In this document: positions 56,857-64,000 of the stretch, one piece after another
Position numbering within the stretch: the stretch's first letter is position 1
How the letters are laid out: each line of letters begins with the position of its first letter
Origin: Bacillota bacterium
GTDB lineage: Bacteria > Bacillota > Sulfobacillia > Sulfobacillales > Sulfobacillaceae
Assembly: GCA_021797515.1 (NCBI GenBank)
Contig: JAJZZP010000046.1
Span: forward strand, 6,330 to 70,329
Direction: 5' to 3'
DNA: 64,000 nucleotides
Notes under the pieces: generated by a model
Databases searched by the model: none
The model's input: the letters and a program-made list of their open reading frames with translations, nothing else
What the model was told of the DNA's origin: nothing
Translations under genes and position numbers: made by a program

Positions 56857-59151
56857 TTAGGTTTTAGGTTTTAGGACAAACCAAGACTGGGTATCCATGC
56901 CAGGCCCTATCGCGTAATACTGTCCGGTCAAATAGGGGATTAAAAGGTTGTCATAGTGGGGGGATAGGGGATGGCCCGATTGCCCGGTAAGGTGGACGGC
57001 AACACTGTCACTCGGGTGCGCCGGTGCCATAATTTGGCGATAACTCGGCATAAAAGCTACCATTCGCGGCCATGGCAATTGAGGATCTAAAGCAAATGCC
57101 GCTTGCTGTGGCGTATAAAGGTCTCCAGACATTGGCAAGGAACGACGGCCAAATAGTGGCTTTAATAATTTGACCTGAATAAACGGGTGAAACACCTCAG
57201 CTTGATGGGCTTTTCCCCAAGTCCATTGAGACATCTCAGGTCCCAAAACCATGATGCCGGATTTGGTCGCTTCTTCTATGGCACGGCCTAAATCGATCTG
57301 ATCCCAACGGTCGAGCACCAAAGGTCCGATGCGTTCTCCGAGCAATCCCCAGAAGCGTTCAGGAAATGGATGAGTACCAGGTAGAGATGGTTCTACGTCG
57401 TGGAAAAACGGCCTGTCTAAAACCTTTTTTAACGAATCTGGCAAAGCAGAAACCATGAACAGATAGAGCATTGTAGGTACACTACTTTCGGCAGTGACCT
57501 GCCCGTCAAATGATTTGATGAGGTTTCGCCACTCATCCGGCAAGTCTCCCCATTGCAAGAGTTTTTGCCCAATACGATAAAGTGGATCGGAATAGACGTC
57601 TGCTTGAATTTTGGCGAAACTGTCCCGATCATGCAACGCTTCAGCTTGAATTAAGGATTCAATGCGAGCCGCTCGATATCCTAAACTATACCGTCCAAAA
57701 AGATAGGGATCCGATGTTTGGCCCACGACGGGGTTGTTGGCGGAAATTGCGTAGCCCTGGGGCGGATCAAAAAGCCTGGGCATCTGACTCCAATCCAGTG
57801 TTCCTGTCCACTCGGTGGCTCGCGTGTTGCCGTCGGCACAACCAAGATAGGGTCCCTGATTGCGCGTAGGAATTTGCCCGGCACAGAGATACCCAATATG
57901 GCCGTTACGATCCGCATAGACAAAATTCTGAGCAGGAACCCACCATTTTGCCAGCGCACTGACAAAAGTCTCCCAGTCATGAGCCTGATTTAACCCCATG
58001 ATGGCCTGCATGATGGGGAGTGGTTGAAACCCGGTCCATGCCAGGGCAATCTTGGTTCCATCCTGTTCTTGATGGATAATGGGGCCCACATGCGAGTCGT
58101 AGCACGTCAAGATTTGGTCGGGCTTTCCCCGTACCTTTAACACTTCCTGCCGAACCGTCAGTTCACCAGTTTGGTCATCTCGCGCGTAGCTCACTCCGTC
58201 CAAATTCATACGAATCCGATATAAATCTTGGACATCGGGATCCACATTGGTAACCCCCCAAGCAATATCCCGATTTTGTCCGATTACAATCCCGGGGGCC
58301 CCTGGCAAACTGACCCCAAATGCCGCAAGACTTCCGCCCTCCACAAACATTTCGTACCATATCGAAGGGAGTTGAGGCATAAGGTGCGGATCATTGGCCA
58401 ACAAGGGCGTCCCGTCTTTGGTATGCGCTCCGTCAACCACCCAGTTGTTGGATCCCACCCCAATACTTCCCCAAGCAAAGGGTTGCCCAGTTCCAGGAAT
58501 TATGGTCAGGTTGGGTGCATCCGGCAAAGAGCCAAACAACCACTCTTGAATCTCGGCCAATTCTTGGACCTGATCGTATCCCCACTTGGCAGTCCAAATG
58601 GTATTGAGCGTCCATGCTAACTGGTAGACCAAGAGATTGCTGTCATCCAGGGACCATGGAAGCAAAGGTTGCTTAAGAAATCGATGTTCAGGAGGCAGTG
58701 GAGTTTGAGCAAATGCCAGATTAACGCCGTTGACATAGGATTGTGCATATTGCCTTGTGCTCTCGGACCATGTATCGGGCGCTTCTTTTGCCCAATGGCT
58801 TAAATTCAAACGCCGCATAAATCGGTCATAAGGCAAAGCACTTTCACCCAAAAGTTCGGCTAGTCTGCCCGCAGGTAATCTGCGCGACAAATCCATCTGA
58901 AAAGCGCGTTCCCGTCCATGAAGATACCCTTGGGCAAACAATGCATCGCGCATGGTGGCGGCTTGAATATGTGGAACGCCCACCATGTCCCAACCTACTT
59001 CCACAGGTTGCGTAAGTCCCTGTTCTACTATCACTTCGCGGGCCATCCGAGGAGGGGATTTTAAAACACCTAGCCACCGAAACAATCGACCGGTACGGCG
59101 AAAACCTGGCAAACGAAAGTCTCTTCCGTCGCTGGACGGTTGATCCATCAT
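56857..59151 (-). CDS. Penicillin-acylase-family Ntn hydrolase (penicillin/AHL/cephalosporin acylase type)
   Basis: The 764-aa product has the autoprocessing/nucleophile motif ..GVGSNNWVV..ANDPHL... No clear N-terminal signal peptide is present. Confidence 0.85.
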   Translation of the reverse strand: MMDQPSSDGRDFRLPGFRRTGRLFRWLGVLKSPPRMAREVIVEQGLTQPVEVGWDMVGVPHIQAATMRDALFAQGYLHGRERAFQMDLSRRLPAGRLAELLGESALPYDRFMRRLNLSHWAKEAPDTWSESTRQYAQSYVNGVNLAFAQTPLPPEHRFLKQPLLPWSLDDSNLLVYQLAWTLNTIWTAKWGYDQVQELAEIQEWLFGSLPDAPNLTIIPGTGQPFAWGSIGVGSNNWVVDGAHTKDGTPLLANDPHLMPQLPSIWYEMFVEGGSLAAFGVSLPGAPGIVIGQNRDIAWGVTNVDPDVQDLYRIRMNLDGVSYARDDQTGELTVRQEVLKVRGKPDQILTCYDSHVGPIIHQEQDGTKIALAWTGFQPLPIMQAIMGLNQAHDWETFVSALAKWWVPAQNFVYADRNGHIGYLCAGQIPTRNQGPYLGCADGNTRATEWTGTLDWSQMPRLFDPPQGYAISANNPVVGQTSDPYLFGRYSLGYRAARIESLIQAEALHDRDSFAKIQADVYSDPLYRIGQKLLQWGDLPDEWRNLIKSFDGQVTAESSVPTMLYLFMVSALPDSLKKVLDRPFFHDVEPSLPGTHPFPERFWGLLGERIGPLVLDRWDQIDLGRAIEEATKSGIMVLGPEMSQWTWGKAHQAEVFHPFIQVKLLKPLFGRRSLPMSGDLYTPQQAAFALDPQLPWPRMVAFMPSYRQIMAPAHPSDSVAVHLTGQSGHPLSPHYDNLLIPYLTGQYYAIGPGMDTQSWFVLKPKT

Positions 59152-59456
59152 TCATCCCCACTCTCACTTTGCGTTTAACATATTAAGAGCAGTGTACAAT
59201 TCCCTACGGTTATTGACTAGACATTTGGGACACACACAATCAAGGAATTACCTCACTGACCCTCACACGGGGCAAGCCCCGTGGGTTCCATAGGCTCACT
59301 GTTTCTCCGCATCGTACATGTCGCCATGGACACTTTGGAGTACGGCACTGACAGTTTCCCCGTTGCCATTGAGCCACCAAGCATCCCGTTGGACACATTC
59401 GCGGTGGCCTTTTCCTGTTCGGAAGGAAGTCGAGTCATTCTCCCTGAGATCTTGGA

Positions 59457-59765
59457 TTACGCTGATGTTCTTACTTTGTGTTGCTTGTGATAATGATTGT
59501 GAATTCCACTGTTGAGGACCCTTTGTCCTGAGTTGCGGATTTTTTCGACACCGTCGTTGTGCAAGGTGAAAAATACTTCAAAGTGGGTATCACACATGGC
59601 CTTATCAGGATGTTCTAGCTTTTCATTGGCGCAGTACAATAGGAACGCGCTATACAAATCCCGTTGCACTTTCCTACCGTCAGGGAGTACATGCCATCGC
59701 TGACTCAGTTTCTTTTTGTTCTTCTCGTCGAGGATGTGATCATACCCATTAACCAAAAACCCCAA
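59457..59765 (-). pseudogene. Transposase-like (OrfB/TnpB-type C-terminal) fragment
   Basis: The sequence ..KKKLSQRWHVLPDGRKVQRDLYSAFLL.. resembles the C-terminal region of IS-encoded OrfB-like proteins. The N-terminus is missing where the fragment abuts the IS1634-type relic. Confidence 0.3.
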
Positions 59766-59790
59766 TTATTTCCCCCATAGCGTCACCGCC

Positions 59791-61192
59791 TTGGCGGTGC
59801 GCTTGCTCGCGGACCGGACCAACTGGTTGTCCGTGGTAGACACCGTGATCCCGCATTGCCCCAACCATCCTGCTGCTCATGCTCGTCATCAACGTGCTGG
59901 CCCACCGGAATTCTCTCTAGGAAGTGGAGACCTGGGCGGGCTCGCTACCGTTGCCCCTGCTTTGGGGGGAAACCATCCAAGCGTCGCAATTTAATGACGA
60001 TGCGCTGGGCCGCGTCTTGGAGGACCTTGCCGATCACGGCTCCTCGCTCTTGGTGACGGTGGGGAGCCGTATGCTAGCCGTGCATCCCACGCGCTCCGAT
60101 TGGTTCCATTCGGATACCACCGCCTATTCCTTAATGGGCGACGATCCCTCCGCCACCACAAGGCCGACGGCCCCACTCGAATTGACCTGGGGGCACTCGA
60201 AAGATCATCGACCAGACCTCAAGCAAATGATGGCGGGTGGGACCATGGACGCCGAAGGGTGTCTGCTCGCCGACACGATGCTCGCGGGGAACACCGCAGA
60301 CCAGACGTGGAAGGCGGATGGGGTAGACCCTTAGCCAAAGAGTTTCCCGACAATTGCTGGAAGGATAGGTGCTACATCGCTGATTCCGCGGTGATCTCCG
60401 AGCGAGCGATAACCCGGATTCGCGCGGTGGGCATGCATTGGTTGGGTCGCTTGCCGGCTCGTTTCACGCTGTGTGCGAATCTCAAGCGCCGTGCCTGGGA
60501 GCAGCCGCAGGAATCGTGGGTGGAGCTCGGGTCCGTGTGACCCAAGCGCCGACTCCCAAATCCGCCACCTACCAGGCGCAAGCCTTTGATATCACCTTTT
60601 ACGACGCACCGGCCCGCGCCTTTGTGTATCATTCGCGGGCCCTGGATAAAAAGAAGGTGGAGGTGGTTCCTATGGCGGTCGAACGCGAAGAGATTCAACG
60701 CCTCATCAAGACACTCGCCCATACTTGATCGCATCGTGCCCTGATTCGCCAATGGGGGCGGCGAACTCTTTTGGGCTACCTATGAAATCGCCTTGGTCCG
60801 CAACATTATTTCCCATAGAAACAGCGAGCAGTTTTTCGAGCCCGATGAGGCTGACCGGTACCTTTGGCATTTGTCCAGCCACGACGAGACGATGCCCCGA
60901 CCGCTGATGCCTCGCATCTACCGCTGGGGCGGGCATCTCGACCATGGTTGGGATCTGGTCGCGGCGGTGTTGCGCCAAACGCCGAATGATGCTCCTCTTG
61001 TTCTGTTCTGATCCGGGCAGGGCTTGCGACAGCCTGGCCGTCGTGTCCGGTCCGAGATTTCGCCGTCAGATCACCGTATGCCTGACTGGGCGTTGGGGCA
61101 TCTGGCCGTAACCTTGGACAAAAGACAGGAGCAGAAATGGGCACCCGACGGCCAAACTGAGTTCTGCTATGGCAAAAACTGGGGATCACTCA
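59791..61192 (+). mobile_element. IS1634/IS4-type element relic with a multiply frameshifted transposase gene and a right-end repeat
   Basis: Transposase motifs are spread over at least 3 frames: ILLLMLVINVLAHRNSL, FNDDALGRVLEDL, FHSDTTAYSL, WGHSKDHRPDLKQ, GNTADQT and YIADSAVIS. The 25-nt terminal repeat lies at 61168-61192. Confidence 0.65.
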
Positions 61193-61330
61193 GGATGTCT
61201 TTTATCCTGATAGCGAAGCCACAGACAAATTGTCTCCGGAAAGGATCAGAAACGGTCAGTCAAAACCGCATCGGAATCGGGTATCCTAATATAATCAAGG
61301 AGTGACGGAATAGCGGGACGGTGATGTCTG

Positions 61331-62008
61331 ATGGCAGAGCGTATCGATAAAAATCCGTGGGAAGTTCTGGGAATTGAGCCGACTCATGACAAAGAAGTCA
61401 TTCGCCAAGCGTACCTAAGTGCTGTTCGCCGCCATCACCCTGACCAATTTCAACGTGACCCAGCACAGTTTCACCAACATGAAGAAGCCATGAAGGATAT
61501 CAACCGCGCCTACCAGTTGGTCCTTGACGGCAAGGCACCGGAACCCCATAACGCGGCATCTCCGCCACCGCCTCAGACGTCAGGCCGAACTTATAAGGCG
61601 CCGCCGCCAATTTTTTGCCCACGTCATCACCAAGCCGCTTGGCGTAAGTGCCAAATCTGCCAAACCCCGCTGTGCACAGAATGCATTGGGTTTTATACAT
61701 CGTTATGCGCCAAACATTACCGTAAAAGCGCACTGAAGGGATATCGTAATCGGGTGATGCGGGAATGGGTCCCCCTAATTCTCGGTGTCGCAGTGTTGAG
61801 AGCCATAGGGCTAGGGTCAGCCGTCCTGCTCTGGGGTGTTCTTGGCTACTTGGCTCTGTTAGGGGTAGGCTGGTTACGACGCAAACGTTGGATGGGTTGT
61901 CTGGCGTTGCTGTTTTTTCCATACAGCATGATATTAGCCGGCCTTTACAGCCTTTATGAAGGACTCAGTCAATGGAACAAATTTGCTATGGAATCCAAAC
62001 ATCTCTGA
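61331..62008 (+). CDS. J-domain protein with a Cys/His zinc-finger-like segment and C-terminal TM helices
   Basis: The J domain reads ..NPWEVLGIEP..YLSAVRRHHPDQ.., with the HPD motif. It is followed by a Pro-rich linker, then CPRHH..CQICQ..CTECI..CAKH, then 2-3 hydrophobic helices. Confidence 0.75.
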   Translation: MAERIDKNPWEVLGIEPTHDKEVIRQAYLSAVRRHHPDQFQRDPAQFHQHEEAMKDINRAYQLVLDGKAPEPHNAASPPPPQTSGRTYKAPPPIFCPRHHQAAWRKCQICQTPLCTECIGFYTSLCAKHYRKSALKGYRNRVMREWVPLILGVAVLRAIGLGSAVLLWGVLGYLALLGVGWLRRKRWMGCLALLFFPYSMILAGLYSLYEGLSQWNKFAMESKHL

Positions 62009-62386
62009 CCTCTTAAGCAATCCGCGGATTCTAGCAGACTGGCAGAATGCGATATACTGATGGTGATCCAGATAGGTGTGGCCATCGCTAAGATATGCCG
62101 TTGTGGGCGCACACGAACTCCTGCCTGCATTGTGGGCCGTTAATAGATACGGTTAGGGCCATATCCCGAAAGAAACGATGTGCCGCGTGAAAACACAGGA
62201 ATTTTAACATGGTTGATCGTGTTTAGAAAGGCAGGTTTGACGATGTTTCGAAATACCGTGCCTCATTGGGCCAGGCGGCGTCGTTCCGCACCCCCACCCA
62301 CTCCCCGATCTTTTTCTGTATCGTGGTCCGACGGTCGGAAACTTTGGCCATGGGAAGAAGAACCCGCGGCGGCACCGCGGCCCGAA

Positions 62387-62692
62387 CTAAAAAGACGTAG
62401 CCTCAAGCGCCGAAGCAGGCATCGACGGCATTAAAACCGGAACCCGCCCATTGGACCCAATCATGGGCGGGCGTCTATTACCATCGGCACCGATAGCCGG
62501 ATCGCCTGCCAATGTGGAAACATCCGGTTTTCGGTGATTAATACGGCGGCCCCACTCTAAAAACGAGTCGGGATCTGCCAAATCGTCAATGCCTTGACAT
62601 GCCGACCAGGAATCGCCACGACTCCTGGTTTCGGCTGCCCGCTGGCGACGCTTAGATAAATCTGCTACCACATCATCGAAAGACCGATCCAC
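62387..62692 (-). pseudogene. 5' fragment of a second acyl-CoA carboxyltransferase gene
   Basis: The sequence ..RGDSWSACQGIDDLADPDSFLEWGRRINHR..AGDPAIGADGNRRP.. parallels the carboxyltransferase N-terminus (rGKLtAReRIdlLlDpgSF.E.g...hr...GDgvvtG.G.i.GR.v). The ORF ends after about 100 aa. Confidence 0.5.
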
Positions 62693-62712
62693 AAATCATC
62701 CCCACTCTGCGT

Positions 62713-63468
62713 TTACGGCCCGCCCCTCACATAGAGCACTTGCCCCGAAATAAATGCAGCGTCATCAGAACACAGAAACGCCACCACATTGGCAATATCT
62801 TGGGGGGTCCCGACCCGCCGCAAGGGAATTTCCTGACTCGCCATCTTTTTCAATTGTTCAAAATCCATACCGATGCGTTCTGCGGTTTGCCGGGTCATTT
62901 CAGTCTCGATGAAGCCCGGTGCCACGGCGTTGACATTGATGTTATAAGGTCCCAGTTCGATTGCCAAGGTTTTGGTAAAACCTTGCAGTCCTGCCTTAGC
63001 GGTAGAGTAATTTGCCTGCCCCCGATTGCCCAGGGCTGACGTGGATGATGTGTTGACAATCTTTCCCCAACGGACTGGCACCATATATTTTTGTGCAGCT
63101 TGAGCACACAAAAACGATCCTTTCAGATGCGTGTTCATCACCGCGTCCCAATCCTGGTCAGACATTTTAAACAGCAAGTTGTCCCGTGTAATTCCCGCGT
63201 TATTCACCAAAATCGCAATTCCCTGCCATAGATCCGCGATCTGCTGAAACGTTGCCACGACCTGGTCCCGCTGACTAACATCACACGCAAACGCCTCCGC
63301 GGTTCCCCCTGTCTCCCGTATAAGATTTCGGGTGGTTTCCGCGTCTTCTTCACGCAAATCCAACACCGCTACCGAAGCACCTTCCTTAGCGAGGCGTAAC
63401 GCCTCGGCTTGTCCAATCCCCCGACCGGCACCGGTTACCACCGCGACACGTCCTTGCAGTTTCCCCAT
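62713..63468 (-). CDS. 3-oxoacyl-(ACP/CoA) reductase-like SDR
   Basis: The motifs MGKLQGRVAVVTGAGRGIG, NNAG and YSTAK are present. Confidence 0.85.
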   Translation of the reverse strand: MGKLQGRVAVVTGAGRGIGQAEALRLAKEGASVAVLDLREEDAETTRNLIRETGGTAEAFACDVSQRDQVVATFQQIADLWQGIAILVNNAGITRDNLLFKMSDQDWDAVMNTHLKGSFLCAQAAQKYMVPVRWGKIVNTSSTSALGNRGQANYSTAKAGLQGFTKTLAIELGPYNINVNAVAPGFIETEMTRQTAERIGMDFEQLKKMASQEIPLRRVGTPQDIANVVAFLCSDDAAFISGQVLYVRGGP

Positions 63469-63500
63469 AACAATCATCACGCTCCCTTATTTAATGATGG

Positions 63501-64000
63501 TCAACGTCCTTCAAACCGCGGACGCCGTTTTTCTAAAAATGCCTTAACCCCTTCTTTATGGTCATAGCTGACAACCATACGAGGTTGAGTCGCTTGTTCA
63601 GCTCGCAGCATATCTTCCAGCGAGCTGGAAAACGACTTGTCGGTCAACAGTTTCATTTGTCCAATGGCTAGTCCTGGGCCATGCACCAAACGATCCATCA
63701 AAGCCTCGGTTACTGATGGCAATTGATCTGAGGGCACCACTCGGTTGACAATCCCTAAATCACGGGCCTCGGCCGCAGAAATAGGGTCTCCCAGAAACAA
63801 AAGCTCTTTGGCTTTATGCGGCCCGAGCAGTCTCGGCAGAAAATACATTCCGCCTCCATCAGAAATCAGCCCCACTTGAACAAAGCTCATCACAAACTTT
63901 GCGTCCTCAGCGGCCACAATTAAATCGCACGCCAATGCCAAATTAAAGCCGGCACCGACGCAAAATCCATGCACTTGCGCCACAACCGGCTTAGCAAGGT
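63501..64000 (-). CDS. Enoyl-CoA hydratase/isomerase (crotonase); the N-terminus lies outside the window
   Basis: The sequence ..VHGFCVGAGFNLALACDL.. is followed by the C-terminal ..EGVKAFLEKRRPRFEGR*. The frame is open to the window end. Confidence 0.8.
   Translation of the reverse strand, partial: LAKPVVAQVHGFCVGAGFNLALACDLIVAAEDAKFVMSFVQVGLISDGGGMYFLPRLLGPHKAKELLFLGDPISAAEARDLGIVNRVVPSDQLPSVTEALMDRLVHGPGLAIGQMKLLTDKSFSSSLEDMLRAEQATQPRMVVSYDHKEGVKAFLEKRRPRFEGR

Noticed and set aside
62180-62434. An 84-aa Arg-rich ORF followed by a hairpin.
   Set aside because: The composition (RRRRS..KRRSLKRRSRHRRH) is typical of an antisense or out-of-frame reading. It overlaps the carboxyltransferase fragment on the other strand. 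The hairpin lacks a T-tract.
1-64000. A search by eye for CRISPR arrays, rRNA and tRNA genes.
   Set aside because: No regularly spaced direct repeats were seen, and no rRNA-like stretches. The only tRNA-like T-arm string (ggttcgattc, minus strand near 21108) lacks a matching T-stem and acceptor stem. It also lies inside the crotonase pseudogene coding sequence.

Overview
This is a Bacillota-type chromosomal window, judged from GGAGG ribosome-binding sites, a T-box leader and a GlpP antiterminator. A more precise taxon cannot be established from the sequence alone. About 90% is coding, and almost every gene between 5.2 kb and 59 kb lies on the minus strand.

Content from left to right:
- 1-2.1 kb: glpP (5' partial) and cimA.
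- 2.5-5.2 kb: a scar of mobile-element debris. It holds a solo 25-nt IS end, a chimeric ORF joining an IS3 orfA head to a Tn3 tnpA tail, two direct copies of a Tn3-type 38-bp end, a DUF4258/YgiT toxin-antitoxin pair with a frameshifted toxin, and a truncated PAS gene.
- 5.2-8.4 kb: proBA behind a proline (CCC) T-box, followed by an IS630 relic.
- 8.6-37.2 kb: a roughly 29-kb unidirectional acyl-CoA catabolic supercluster. It appears to form two transcription units, each preceded by a homologous promoter with an embedded palindrome. It contains two anciently paralogous triads (hydantoinase A, hydantoinase B, acyl-CoA synthetase). Each HyuB carries a C-terminal domain resembling the acetone-carboxylase gamma subunit. 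It also contains an lva-like / ACAD10-11-like set (APH kinase, small partner ORF, non-canonical ACAD), four acyl-CoA synthetases in total, two SDRs, a Zn-ADH, a canonical ACAD, an E1alpha/E1beta/E2 2-oxoacid dehydrogenase with no E3, an orphan carboxyltransferase, a decayed crotonase and an unknown Cys-rich protein. A TetR gene lies upstream.
- 38.8-40.2 kb: uncallable degraded sequence.
- 40.2-51.1 kb: glpABC directly downstream of an arsR-led six-gene group-4 [NiFe]-hydrogenase-like (Hyf/Ehr-type) membrane complex. Its large subunit has a degenerate N-terminal metal motif, and no NuoI/HycF-type ferredoxin subunit is present.
- 51.4-59.2 kb: an orphan peptide-type substrate-binding protein (SBP), an S9 peptidase, an MFS transporter and a penicillin-acylase-family protein.
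- 59.4-64 kb: nested IS relics (a multiply frameshifted IS1634-type gene), a J-domain/zinc-finger membrane protein, a truncated second carboxyltransferase, fabG-like SDR and a partial crotonase.

No rRNA, tRNA or CRISPR array was seen.

The two candidates most worth follow-up:
- The lva-like kinase / phospho-eliminating ACAD module joined to ATP-dependent HyuAB enzymes.
- The ferredoxin-less hydrogenase-like complex adjacent to GlpABC.
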